Shown here: piece after piece, positions 36,019 to 51,000 of the stretch
Position numbering within the stretch: the first letter of the stretch is position 1
Layout of the letters: each line of letters begins with the position of its first letter
Assembly: GCA_002633005.1 (NCBI GenBank)
Contig: NMRA01000021.1
Span: 1,175,119-1,239,118 of the forward strand
Length of the DNA: 64,000 nucleotides
Direction of reading: 5' to 3'
From: Phoronis australis
Lineage: Eukaryota; Animalia; Phoronida
Translations under genes and position numbers: made by a program
The notes under the pieces: generated by a model
Database searches by the model: none
What the model saw: only the letters and a program-made list of their open reading frames with translations
Told to the model about the DNA's origin: nothing

Positions 36019-39000
36019 GTAAGTAAATGATCTAGACCGTGCGTACTTTCGTGGTTATCTCAGTCTGCGGTAATGCAGTTTGAAAGTTTCGTGACTTTTC
36101 CGTACGAAAATGATGGGTCTTAAATGATGTTAAATATTACGTAATTGTTATAGCATTGGAACCTTTTCATATGCGACTAGTCGCATGTGGTAGATTTTCC
36201 GTCGATCACCGTCAGTCCTATTTGTCGTAACCGACTTCGAATAGGATTTATCGTTGGCCAAATGTACGTATACATGTACTCATCCTGCAGCATTCGCAGG
36301 ATATACCGGGATTGCAGGTTCAGGTACACAATGCAAAAGGCTGGCTCCTATTTTTTCGAGTCTGTCTGCATTTTCATTGTCATTAATTCCCACGTGGGCC
36401 CTGACCCATTGCATACTGACGATTTTTCCAATTGCAAACTTTTTAAGCTCTTTAATACAAGCATTAACACAACGAGAGTTGACCCTTGGTTTCTTTATGT
36501 CTTTTATTGCTGCCTGGCTATCTGAAAGGATGGTACTTTGCTGATTGCCCGGCTGATCGGTATTATATTGTTGTGCCAGTTCAGCAGCTCTATTAATTGC
36601 AGTAATCTCAGCCTGAAACACCGTGGCAAGATTGCCTAGCTATATTCATCTTTCTGCATCTGCAACAGAAAGCTAGATTCCAGCACCTGTCTGGCCATTT
36701 TTCAGTTTAGAGCCATTCGTGTAAAAAAACCACCTCATTCTTGTAATCTGCGGCACCGTGAAGAGGCGTAAATTAACTATTTAGAGGCTTTGCCATGTAA
36801 AGTAATTATTTGCGGCGTTAAAAGTTACATGTACTTTACGCCGCACATAATTGCTTTACACTCTAACAAGAAATAACTCACGCAAGTAATTTACCTGCGT
36901 AACGTTCACCCATTTGGCCAACGATAGGATTGGTGCGATTTCGTGAGCGCTTTCAGACGTTGCTAAATGGGGATTGAAAAAACTCACAAACTGCGAATTC
37001 GAAAATGTCGCATTCACGAATTGCCTGTTACTCGTGTTGCCGGCTCATTCGATAATAAATAAAAATCGGTTGAGCAACGAGGGTAATGTTTTTAAACCCT
37101 AATGCCCTTCACATAAGAATTCAGCATTGACAGTTAAACGGCGGGGATATGCCAAGTTAAAACCTTAGCTATAAAATAAATCACCATGTTCCTGTTCCTA
37201 ATTTGTGGGAGTTAGTGAAAACGGATGCTGCTAGTAAGGCTTGTTTCTTGCCGCGAGCTTTAAATCACGGAAGGTTTCACATGATATCGCCAGGCATTAC
37301 AAGTGAAGTTCAATGTGTGATCTCACGAGCTTTCACTCTGGTATCATCCGTTGAGGAGCGGGACCCACAATTCACGACCAAAGGCTACAGAAAACTGTCA
37401 GTTGAGGTTTTTATTTAGTTCAAAATCTATGACGACAAATTCAGTTCACGTATAATAATAATCGGGATTATTCGGAGATAGACCTTAAGCCAGTATGATA
37501 AAGTGTACTTATCTCTGACTTACTTCTACTTAACTATTTTAGATACTGAATTCAAATTGAGCTGCAGTTCGCATTGTTCAGCTGACTAGGATACAAAACT
37601 CACGATCGAATTAGATCATTTGATCTCATAAAATTGGTCCAACCATATGACAGGATTCCATTTCCGCTAGCAACTCAAATCGCAGGCGATGCACATACAC
37701 AGCGTTCGAATTCCCAATTTTATAGGGTTGGCCAAGCGTTTTCTTGGGTCTTAGTTTAAATGTTCTTATTAGCAACGGAAATACAATCATATCACGAGAG
37801 AACGATTTTCGTTTTCAGCCGTCTAAACAAGGCAACATATATTTTAATCATGAACAACACCTAGCGAATGCAAATGATAGTTATAAACGAATTATTAAGT
37901 GGATCAATAAAAACTTAGACCTTTAAGATCGCTTCACATTTTTGATGAGTGTTGAAACGTCTAAGTTATACGTTGACAATCACATTGTAATCATCTTGCT
38001 TGGAAAGGTAAACTAATGCAAGCTAGTCAGAGCACGTATGTGATGTAACTTAAAGACGACGAAAACAGCATTTGCCTGAGTTAGTGTAATGATTTACGTA
38101 GACTAGAGTATCCCGATGGCATAATTTCCTTGCGTTGACCACTTAATCGCTTGCCGAGGTAACTCGAACGTTTTGCTGTTTTCAACACTCACTTTTTTGG
38201 TGAAACATTTTTAGACGATTGCTGTATGTGACTTACTGCGCTTATTCAACTAAACTACATGCAAGCATGATTCTAATTTTACTGGCAGCTTACCAACGGT
38301 AAATGACACCAGTGACGTCATCAACCACAGACTAACGCCGACTATCGGAAACGGACACATTTCCACTCATGTGTTTGGCGATACGGTGTATATGAACGGT
38401 TTTTACAATGGACATTTCGGTAAGAATTTCCACTCTACTTGTGGATATGATCTGTGATTCTGAAAAGATATTCTTTGACGTATCAATATTTTGTTACCTA
38501 CATAAAGATCTTGTTCCTGTCTTTTGGGGTTACGCTATCAATTCCTAATGTCGACATCGATAACCGATAATGACTGAATGACTTTGGAAGAAATAAGCAT
38601 AAATCCTGCAACGAAGATTTTTCTTTTGGTCTGAATAAAAAGTGTTAAAATTTGCTTTTTTGAAAGCCTTTATTGTAAAAGAAAAACATTACCCTGTATC
38701 GAATTAAAATTTCGGTGACTTTCTACAGGCCTTTGAACGGCCACTCCTAACTCGCAAAATAGCTAGTACCTACTGGGTATGACGCCACCAATAATCGTGC
38801 GGCAAGTTCATCAACAATGTGCTTGAGAAGAATGCATCTCGCTTACAGGAGATTCCCATCGTGCTCGCTTGGAGGCTCAACACGCCATATGGTTGTCGGT
38901 AGAGAACGAGATATCCAGAAGGCATACACTTGACACACGCAGAGGTACACTTAATAACATCATACCAAATACCACAACTTCGCGCTAATTCTTTGGCATT

Positions 39001-42000
39001 TTCCGACAACGTCGTGCATCCGCCAGGCACTTGTCCGGATATTCTTCATGGCCACCTTGCTTGTTACTATAGTCCATTAACTAGATTGGAGTGTGTCTTT
39101 CTATTAGAGTTTTATTGATGCAAAGAGTTGCTGACGTTTGGCCACACCAAGAACGTAATGAACAAATTGGACGACTTTTCTCTGAAATTTGTTTCCCACT
39201 GACATATACAAAAGTAGGTCAACCCTACAGTGCTTTTGCCTACCTCCCTTGCATCGAAGAGTTACGCGCGGGAAGGAGTTGTTGCCTTCACTGTGAAATG
39301 TCAAATTCAATCGATTATCGTATTCATTTGAAGGTGGTCTCACATCTTCAACTATTACTTCTAACAGACGTGCATGTAGTTATACGACCGTACATTTAGC
39401 TTAGGCTTACATCTACTAAACCCAGTTTTGATGACTTAAGCGAATCCGCGTTTGGTCATCATTTGGCGTAAATCTTGAACGATAAAAGCAAAAATGAGCA
39501 AAAAGCTCATACCCCTATGTCATAGATTGAATATCATGGTTCTTTAAGTGGGTGGTCTTTCCCCACAGTTGTCGTGTAACTCGCTAAGCGCGTGGGTCAC
39601 ACTTGCCCGTTTATGAGACTTGAAAAAAGTTCTCAAAATGTGTTCCCAATTTTTAAAGGTTGTTGGGGGGTTGCAAAGCATTATTTTGTTTTATGGAATT
39701 GATTAGACAAGGCGTTTTTAATATTTTTTAATAAGCCAAACAAGGTTTGGTTTCTTTTTAAGTCTTATAGATCTCGGCTCTACTGTTTAGTCACAGCTTC
39801 ATCAAGTCAGGAGGTGTGAAGTTTTATGAATGATATGATTAACAGTGTTTGGGCTTCCAAGTACTTTAGTAATACTTGTTATTCAGATCCTAAAAACGCC
39901 GGTTGCTTATTAAGATTTTCTTTTTCAGGTATTTTTCAGACAAAAATCACGACGCCAAACGCCACAGTGACATATTTGACGTATGCGCATCAATATTTCA
40001 ATCGTCTGTTAATAACGGACATTACGATTGCAAGAACCGGAAATAACACCAGTGGTGACATCCGGGTCAATGTTGAACGAATGATTGGCGAATCCTCGAA
40101 TGACGTTGAAGTGATCCAAAACCTGACATATAACAATTTTCAGTGAGTCGAAATGGGTTTTGCCATAATCCTGTGATGTGAGATAAAAGTGGGGAATAAT
40201 GAGGTGTACCACCCTAAGAAGTCTACATATTTTTAAAAATTGTTTTCGAGAAATTGAAAAAATGCAAGTGGTACTAATAACCTACTTTTGGAACTAGATG
40301 GAAAGGTGAATTCGAAGCATAAACTGCATGTCGCTTAGAAAGTGATGTAGGAAATTATGTTTGAGCCTTCGTATATTTGTTTTACTTTAAGCTTAATGAT
40401 ATGTACAGTAGGACACTTGAAAATGTCCAAATTTGGATTACTTTGTAACTTCATAACCCAGATATGGTTGATCGGATTTATATGGAGCTTTCAGACTGAG
40501 ATACTATGCTTTGTGCCTTGTTCTCCAAAACGCTGTTTTGAGAATGCTTGCTTTTCCACGAGGAGGTATCTCAATCAATCATTTTTTTTGAAAAACTCAA
40601 CACTTGCATGAAACTAAAAGGTTATGACAATTTTGAAAAGTGTAACAACGTTTTTGAGAATTTATCTTGATTACCTTTATATCGATTATATTAGCCATGT
40701 TCTCGGTTTTACTGGGTTAAAATCGATCAAGTTACAAAATATATAGTGAGTGTCTGTAGGTATTTAGATCGGGTCCTGCATAACCTCAAAGATGTTTATG
40801 ATATTCATTCACCCTGTGGTTGCGTATAGCCACAATACCACTTCTAGGTTGAATTGGCAGTTGTGAATTTTGTAAAAATGAAGACATTGTAATGACCTTG
40901 GTGATCTATGAAATTGATAACTGAGCATATTTTGGCAGGTTGGTATCCATAAAAACTCTAATCCCTGAATTCAATAGCAGTGACGTCATTCCTGCTTTCA
41001 CTGCTTACACCCCACTGGTCGATTCTACGCTGACTTTGAAGAATGGAAATACAACTTATCGCAATGTCCTGGTGTTCGGTGTCGACTTGTTCACTGACGA
41101 CAGTCTCAAAAAAGACCTCGACAACGTGACAGGTAAACGTGTTTATTTGAAGACCATGATACTTTAATTATGAGCTGTCAATCACGTGGCAGTTTGCAGG
41201 GTATTCCTAGTGAAGAACTATCCCATTACTCCTAGATAGCATGCTGTAACAACGTCATTTTCACATGCGCATGCGTGATCAACGTTGATCGGATGTTAAA
41301 TTTCCTAGAATCAGCCATTTTCTTCAGGCAGTACTGGTGATCACTTGCAGCGAATAGTGCTACTCCTGCACGTCCTGATCCAATTTTGCTCCCACACAGG
41401 ATCTCGAAACCAGTCTCCCTTTCAGTAAGGCTAGGGCCTCGCTAAAAAGCAAGACTTCGCGAGATTACGTGAGATATTGCCGTGCATTTTAAATGAAAAC
41501 ACGTGACTTTGACTAGGTTTTAGCTAGGTCCTAGCGTAGGTCCTAGCGTCTACTGAACGCGGACCAGTGCCTCTTGTTTATAGGGAATTCGCATATCTTG
41601 AAGGAGCGCCAGGTGACTTGTAAAGACCTATTTGTATAAGTTTCGTTTTTCAAACACTAGCCTCATTAGCACGTGTCAGTTATCGGTTGTAACGTTATAG
41701 CTAGTTTTTAAGACATATCTTTCGATCCAAAGTAAACCAGTCTGTATATGGACTTAAAATAGTGGTGTGCCAGTTTCATCTGTATTTGATTGTCCTCAGC
41801 TGAACGCGAGGATATCATATCCTCTTCTGATTGCCGAAAACATCTAATTGCTCAAAGAAATGTGCAATTTTTGTGTAATAAAACTCTAACTTATGAAACG
41901 TGAATTAGAAATTTGTGGTAACATAGCCGAAGTAAATTAAAATACCTTGACAAATTAGTCAGGAAATATTATGTCTTGATCACAAACTGACCCTGCAAGT

Positions 42001-45000
42001 GTCGTGCCGGCAGTCGGCGCGAGCTGAATCGATTCCCCGCTGGTTCACCAAGGACTGGTTCATTACCGTTCTTTTTGATGTTGATCGCTTCCTTAACTTC
42101 CTTCTTTTTGCCATTATTTTCAGTCCTTTATCTGTACACTGTACTTGATAGTGTCAAGGTATTTCAATTTATTTTGTCTGTGTTACCAATACGTCCTTAT
42201 CTTCATGTGCTCTACCAGTTAGGAGAACTTTTAGAAGTCTCTTGAGAAACCGACACACATTAGTTGCTTTTAAATTTCGATGGCATCTTCGCTCACGTCA
42301 TAGAAAATATGCATGTGGATCCTCTTTTAGCACTTAAATAGAAGTGTGTCATTTAGTGCTTAATTATTTCAGATCTTCTGAGCGAATCTGACGGTGCCGA
42401 TGAGCTACTAAAACTGCATACGGATCGTTGGGCGACTATTTGGATTCAGGGGAGAATAGAGCTGGAAGGAAACTTGGAGGCGCAGAAGGCCATAACTTCC
42501 GCCTTGTACTACATGTACAGTAGCTTGCCAGCAGTGGACGCCAACCAGTCGCCAAATATGTTCTGGGGAATATCGCCAGGTGGCCTCGCAAACGGTGGTC
42601 CAGGAGTGAGTATAATAATCCACGTGCCCTTGGCTTAGGTAAACAGCAGATATAATACGGAATGCTATCATTTGTTGACAGAATTATAATCCTAGGTGGA
42701 CGAAAATTTAAAGCTGGCATTTTTTATTCAGTAGAAGTATTATCATAATATAAACAGAGTATTAGATATTCATTATAGGGTTTTGATAATAAGGTCATGC
42801 TGATATTGTGCGGTGCGTCAAGAGCCATTATTGTAGGAATGTTTTGGTCGACCTATGCAACAAATGCAGCTCTTTACTTGCATTGATTTGATTTCTTACA
42901 AACCAGCTATCCATCTAGAGGTCTCATTCACGTACTCTAACTGGAACTGACTTCAATGCAAAGCCACCGAGAGCATAGGTGGATTTATAACCTCCCCCTT
43001 ACGGGCACGCCCCGGATAAACTCGTCGGCCGTTTTTAGGGCACACGTGAATAGTTTTCTTTTGAGAATGTGCTTTGTACCTCTTTACAATATTCTCTGTC
43101 CACGAACGGAGAACAACATCGAATAGATTTACATCATCTGACGCGAGCGAGTGATTTGCCAAGATTCATGCCAACTGCACGCGGCGTTCCCGTCTATGAG
43201 CAAAAAGGTTCTTGCTCAGCAATCTCTATTAATTAAAGTCAAGTCAAAGTAACATACGAATGGGTTTGTTTATTTGTTTTGCGAACATTTGCAGCAGTTA
43301 CAGAAGCAACGTTACTAGTTTGTCTGATCGTCTGCTTAAACCAAACCTCTAACCTTAAGCACTTTCCTTTCAGAAAGACTATTATGGCCACGTTTTCTGG
43401 GATATGGACACGTGGATGTTTCCAGGGATTTTGATGTTCCGACCGGATCTTGCCAAAGAAATGCTGCGTTACAGGTGCGTGCATCGGGCATTTTGCCAAG
43501 TGCAATGGGGAAATTGCCACGACAATGACATTACTGCGTCTTCATTCTTTTTCCTTTTGCTTCGTTTCCTGAACTACCTGCGTCAAAACTTGTGAAGCAG
43601 CTTCAATTTCTTGGCTTTGATTTCGTTTTTTGCATGTCGTTCATTTTCTTCATCATATGATTTTCGTCAAAATCGTCGTCACAATCATCAATGTTACAAT
43701 CATTGTCATCATCAATGTCACTGCTGGAATGTCATGGTGAAGTGGCCAATTTTTTGCCTGGACTGGGACAAAAATCGGTGTTCCCCTCGGCCATTTCCTT
43801 CTATTTAATGTTTTTTTACGAACGACAATCTACGCCATAATTGGAGTTAAGCCTACAAAGGACAGAAACCATCGTATCCTATCGTCTCGGCCATTAAGCA
43901 AAGTTATCAGAAAGGAAAGACGAAAATACATAGCTTACAGGTGCTGGTTGACATTTCCGTAACTTGCTCACCTTTTTCACACTTCTGTCTTGAAAATTGT
44001 TATTGTTTTTTAATTTCTTTTCACATTTGTCATAATAAGCCAAATACACCAAAACTTCTAAAACGGTATTGAATGACTGCAAATTACGATGGAGGCATCA
44101 TCCAGTTAAGCGCCTTCCGCCATCTAGTGTGATGTGTTTTCTTTACATCTGCATCTTATTTAGAATGTACACGATGCCGCCGTCGTTCGATCGAGCCAAG
44201 AGTGGTGGTTACACAGGCACACGCTTTCCGTGGGAGTCCGCATACACGGGGCAGGAGGTTTGTCCTAATATATGTGTGGAGTGTCGGGAAAATCAACAGC
44301 ACATAACAGGTGAGAACATCAATAGCACCTCTTCGTAGTCTGTAAACCTTTGAGAATTCTTCAGTTTCTTACTCTAACACGAATGGGATCCTCTGTCTGG
44401 AGCACGCTTTCCTCTTGCAGCACATTTATGACTCAATACTGCATTCGGATTAACGTTACACGTTTTCCTGTTTTTGTCCGTTTTATGAATTTTTCCAGAT
44501 TTTCCTTGGTTACGTTATGTATCTATTGTTGTTAGCGTACCACATGAAACCAGGGCCCGGTCTCCAATCTCCGTACTCAGACTCATACTCATACTCGAGA
44601 TTTCATGCTCAAAATCGTGCTCACTGGAGTCGTACTCAAAAAAGCGTATCCAATGTCGTATTTCGAGTAGACTCCAAACGTACTCAAATCTGACACTCAT
44701 ACTCGAGTTGCTATGGAACTCTTTATGATGTGAAATGCAAAATCACGCAAAGCCGCGCTGATTCATCGCTCCCTATTGGAATACACCACCCTAGGAACTA
44801 GGCCTACATTATCGTCTGCTGTCGCTACAACTACAAGAGTATGTCTATAACGTGAAATTCTGAGTGTTCTGTAACTGTTATTCATTTTTTAGTTTCAATA
44901 AATATTCTTATGCCATTTCTTTGATACATTTGGCAATTATTAAGCTTTACTTCTGGAGTTCCTCACCCAGTCCCGAAAATGTCTTAAGAAATATGTAACA

Positions 45001-48000
45001 GCTTATCACATCACATCTCTGTTGCTAATTTAGTCTTGGCATAAAACCCATTGCTGTTTAGGCCTACGCTGAGGTCAAAAATTGATACTGTATCTTTGTA
45101 TTTTACCGGGATGTATCAAGTGAGTTGACATTTGGCACGTGAGTTAAAAAACAATACTTGTGCTGGCATTCAGAGTTCACCAGTGGCAGTGAACGGGACG
45201 AGACGTCTACTTAGAAATCGGCAAACAAAATCTGGAATTCCATTTGGGGATTGAGAAATTATAGATGACTAAGTTATGATGGGAAATGTACTGACAGGGA
45301 AGCGAACTTTTTTTTAACTTCCCTCCCCTCCTCGTCTTTTGGAAACCCTACAAAACGTAGGCACACATACCGAAATAAGGGCAGCACAAACTTCTCACAC
45401 GACTTTTCCCACAACTGCTTTCGACGCTTGTTATGACTCGCCGACAAGGGATTACAATGCGCCTGTTGCCAGGAATTGTAGAGGTAGAATGGCGGCCATA
45501 ACATACAGTGATACGGCGGGTTAATAAGGTGAAGACTAAGAAGATTTAAGATGAAAACTATTATCTATGAACTGAAATTGAAGTGCTGAGATACGGTAAG
45601 AGGACTTATTTTTTTAGATTTGCTGTGTTTCTTGGTTCCCTTTCGATATTTTGTTCTCTGGCTCGTATTTATTTTCGAGTACGATTTCAAGCACACTGCC
45701 ATACCAAACTTGAAATTTGAGCATAGACTCCGAATTTTTACTCAAAATCGTACTCGAAATATGGATGAGATACACTTCATTTCGAGTACACTCGAAAACT
45801 GAGTACGTGCTCGAAATTTCGAGTACAGATTTTTCGAGTATGACATTGAATACACCAAAGCTGAGTCTGTACTCGAGTTGAGTATGAAGTGTGAGTATGA
45901 GCATGATTCGAGTCTGAGTACGGAGATTGGAGACCGGGCCCCGGGCTTTCAGTGCTGTCGCTTAACCGATGTACAAAGTCGGAGTTTGTAGACACATTTC
46001 GAGAACATGATGTCAACTATGTATTTTTACTTTCATCTTGGATTTTGAAAATTGATCATAAATTATGCTGACGGCTATCTTCGTACATTTGAAGAAAATC
46101 GAAAGTAATTTTTACTTACGTGACTGACTGTAACTTGTGAGGGACGCAAAAACATTTTATTTACAATCTGACCAAAAGGTTAAAGATAAGAAAGAGCTCA
46201 CAATATTTTGCAACAAACATGAGTGGAAGCAAAAACTGTTTTCAGAACAGCGTATACAACGAAAAGATTCGTGAGTGCATACCGAATTTGGTTCTCTGAA
46301 TTTTTGCCGTTTTCTTGCAGAGTTCCAAATACAGAATTTGTCTGGTCTTCAACTGTCACCGACTAGTTGTAGGGTCACAGAGGCAAACCATAGTTTAAAA
46401 AGTACAGTAATATTGTTTCAGGTGATATTGCCTTTGCCGCTCACCAATACCTATCCGCCACCCGCGATATTGACTGGTTGACGGAGGAACAGGAGTTTCG
46501 ATCGATTAACGTCTCGGGTTACACGTTCCTTAAACAAATGGCCGCTTTCTGGGAATCACGTCCTACCAAAAACGCTCGCCGAGGTAGATGGGAAATAAAT
46601 GGTACGTCACGCTTGATTTTAATTCTGTTTGTGTATATTTTGGCGCAGACAATTTCCTTTCAAGTATTGACAATAACCACAGTGCCACATGTATTTATCC
46701 ACGAAGAGTAACAATGTATGCATGACTAAAAGTTGCAGAGTTGAGATACATATACATGTAGACAAACACTGGTGACTCCGAATTATTTACTTATTAATCC
46801 GGAAACATCAACAAGACACCTTCATCAGCACACTGAAGTGATTTCTTTTATCCAGCTCCAGGGCTACGTTCCCTTGGCTCAAGACACTAGCATAGCACTT
46901 GCGGTCAGAAATATTCTTTTATGGAATAGAAACAGCTAAATCTATCCTATAATTTAAAATTACAGCCTTCTCGATCAGTCATCTCTTTTTCTTCATTTTG
47001 CTAGGTTTGTCTAGTGAGCTCAGGAAAAAATCCGCGGAACTCTCGTCACTCACAAGCATAGTCTTTTCGTGAGTTTTCGCGTCTTCGAAAACGCAATTTT
47101 GGTGGCAGAACAGGTCTCCGTTCCAAGAAACTGACTTAATTAGTTCATTTTTAATTAAATATTAGATCTGTCACAATTTTCAAACTTTGAAACTTCCACA
47201 TCCGGTAGGTCAGTCAAAATTAAGAGAAAGCCAAAGTCAAAAACTTAAGTCAATCTTAAAGGAGAATGCCACCCGATTTAATTAGTCTTTTTTACCGTCT
47301 TAATCGGTCTATATCCACATCGCCTCTTAAACGGTTGACCTCACCTTGCCGAGAGGTGTCGCGTTAACCTGTGAGGAGGGTGACAAACGACGCAGCGACG
47401 TCAGTGGTTCGTCTGCAAAGTTAATGCCGCTACGACGTTGTCCGAACTACGAAGCTGCGAAGAATGCTGGTATATCGTTTTTTCGACTTACTCGAGAGCC
47501 CGAAATGCTTAGGAAGTGGCTCGCGGGTAGTGAAGAATGAAAGGTACGCTGTTAATAGCAAGTATGAGGCCGTGAATTATTTCCGTGTCTGTGGCCGGCA
47601 TTTCGTTGACAGTGATTTCTCTGACGAATTCCGGCTTACCAAAGAACTATCCATACGTTCCGTTGTCTGTGCATGCTCACCGTGCCTCTGTAGTATTTCT
47701 TGATCAATGTATTCCAGTTCGAACTGATAGCCTGTGAAACCTAACGATCCAACCAGTGAAGTCTTCATCGGATGAGCTCTTTCTTGACTAAGTCGGGATT
47801 GGCGCCGGGCGAGTTGCCAAGTATTCTGCGTTCTGTTTCAAAATGAATCATTCTCACCCTAACTAATGCTTATATAAAAGTGAAACAAAGTTTGTTTCAT
47901 AAAATACAATTTGTAATGCCTTTGCAGTATTCGTGAGTGCAAATGTTGAGAAGTAGGCAATGAATAAACCACTGCGTTACCGGCTTTTGATGCCGGCAAT

Positions 48001-51000
48001 AAAGGTAATTGACCGGGTACCGAGGCCGTTTGAGCGCATGCTAATTCAATGTTTGCTGACAGAAAGCTGTTGTGAAACAATTACTCGATTTTATATGCTA
48101 TGGTCACATGTTAATGCAATCTTTATACAAACACATTATTCAAATCATTGTTAATGTACAACCCTTGCCTGCCTCTGTGGAAGGGGAACCCGACTTCGCG
48201 GCCCCCGACAAGCAAGTAGATTTTCAGTTTGTGGCTATAATTCACGTAAATAATTAGGTGCACGTAATTTCTTTGGCTCACACTATTGGTCTTTTCGTGA
48301 ATGGAGGTTTAGTTTCCAACTCAAGCTGGTTTATGTTCGTGCCACTCCCGGCGGCCGCGAGTTGCCTTATCGGGTTCCGAGCCACTGGCCAGGATGATAA
48401 GCGTTCTGTGTGTTTAGAACTCAAAAAATCACAAGTCTAAACAACATAGATCTAGGCTCTCTTGTCTGTATTTCACGGAAGAATACTTCAAATTCATCTC
48501 CGACCAGACCCCAAACTCCTGCTACGGACCTTGGTAAATTGGCCTGCCGAACTTTATAGGCTACGGTGTGTCCAAATACCAATAAATACGTAACAGCGAA
48601 AAAACAACACGTTTTTTCAAGAACTCGGTGTATTTTTAAGGGTTTTACATCGAAGTTTGATGATTAATTGGTGTTAAACGATGAATTCAAGCGATAAGCT
48701 GACACCAGTAACCCGTGTTTTGAACTGCTGAACAGACTGCGTGTGAAACCAATGATGTCATTGGATAATTTCAACACCTGGGTCTGCCGTCAAGTGTCAT
48801 GTAACGCAACCGAACGCGCCGTGATCGAGTAGAGCTACTCGATCTAAATTGATACAAAATAGGTTGTTTTTTAGGTGGCTTGCTCCTTAAAGATCTTTCT
48901 TGAAAAAGATTTAATACAAGTGTAAGTTTCATCTCAAAATTAACTAAATGTAAGATTTGTCTTAGCTGAGTCAGTTTTGTTGGAACGGGTTCCAGGTTTA
49001 CAACAACCAATGGTGCGCGGAATAACAAACCCTTGTGAAGCTTGCATTGTCCCAGAATGTTGATGATTGGCAATGTCGAAGCCCTCCATTTTCCACAGCC
49101 GCTATAAGACCTTGATCACACGGCAGTGTCATCATTCCTGAACGCAATCACTTATGTATGTTGCGGGCTGAGTACCCAGAAGTAGTCGTCTTTTCTAAGA
49201 TTGAGCTTCCAAATATGGAGCGATGTTCATTTCTGGTCATAAATGGAAAACTATTTTCCATTTTCATAAAGAGCTAGAATTGCGTCTCGTGTCTAAATCA
49301 AAGAGGCCTTAAAACACGGTGCAAACTCACTTGGAAAAAGCCTCCTTTTACGAGTGCTAGCTAACATGAACAGCACCGTCAGGATTCATAGTGTACGTCC
49401 AGAATATCATATTGGCAATATTTATACCAAAAATAACTACCGAATTCCCGGACATCCTATTTTATCGCCGTTCTTTCTACACTCCATACATGATACCAAA
49501 CACTTTGGGCTATGAGGACCCGGCTGAATCGATAATGTGACGTTCGTTCACAGGAATTCGTAGACTCCAAAACAACCTCAATTTGCCAAGATTTGTTATT
49601 TTGTATTGACAAGAAAACAAATTTGAAACTTGTTGCTATCAAGTAAAATTAACTGTCAAAAGGGAAGACTCTATACATGGTAATGAATCAGTGAGTCGTC
49701 AGCGGTCTGAATTTGTTGCCAGGCGGACTTTGATATTGCATAGCCCCAATCGGGTCAACGAGGGCACTTTTCGATGGGAAAAATGCAAATCGATATTAAG
49801 TCGCGAAAACACCGATCTTGCCTTCTCAATAGGGCAAAACTAAAACACGGATGAGTTACATGGTATGTCTTCTGTTTATGAGGCACTCTCGTTTTAATCG
49901 ATTTCATGGCATTCATAAAATCTGAACTTTAACTTCATTTAGACATTTATAACTTTTAACGTATCCCAGACAGTATTTTCACAATGTGACCCTTGTGTTA
50001 GGATTGTAGAATTTCATGCACATAAAATTAGTTGTCATAATCTGGCCACGATTAGTATTTAGATCTTTTTCCGTATATAAGGGGCATTGCCCGCACGTAT
50101 GCGTATATTCAATACGCAGTTAGCAGGACATCACTTTCTTCTAGCAATTGGCCTATCGCAAGCTCCGTAATATCTCGCGAACGTCATCCTGCATTGGAGT
50201 TCCCAAATGTTCGTCATTGCTTGCAGGTGTTATGCCCCCGGATGAATATCAGAAGTCTGTCAACAATTCAGTATACACAAATGCCGTCGCTGCGTATGCT
50301 GTAAACTATGCCCGCTACGCTGCATGTTTGGCGGGTAAAGACGAAGAGAAAGAGGTATTGATTCTTACACCCAGGGGTTTGTATCATGAAAAGTGTAAGG
50401 TCCGCTCCACAAAACTATTTCTAAAAAATAATTAAGCTCCACTTGAGGAAACGTGTATTGAAAGTAGATTTTGTGCCGACAGCAAATGTACATGCGTGCG
50501 TCTTGAGAATTGAAATGATTAACTATTTATATTCAGATACCTACATCGTGGATTGACAAGATGAGGAAGCTGGCGTTTCCTTTCGACAAGAAAAATCGTT
50601 TCCATAACGAGTTTGATGGATATCAAGACCATCGCTTTCCGGCGAATGGAACAAAGGGTAGTTACATAAGCAACTTTATTTTGAAATAAAAATTACATTT
50701 AAAGCGGCTATAAACCTGCGTTCCGCAAACTTTCGATTCAGATCAATGACCCCTAGAAAATTAATCTCAACTTAATACTTAGCCGCATAGAATTAAAAGT
50801 TTATTATTTACGAAACGTCGGTGCTTTCCAATCCCATACCTCCACCGCCAATTCAAGTAATGGACGACTTTGTAATGGTCTAAATCAAATCATGCGCGCA
50901 CCCAGGGGAGGGGGGGTGGCTCGGGGGGGCTCCAATGAGCCCCCCATTTGGCGAAGTGGGTAAAAAGGTCCGCCTCAGAAAAACAAAGATTCCGAAACAA

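Noticed and set aside
40201-40787. Possible Sola-like element with GAG...CTC ends in PGGHG intron 4
   Set aside because: Only a 5-bp terminal match (GAGGT/ACCTC) and no TSD, which is insufficient.
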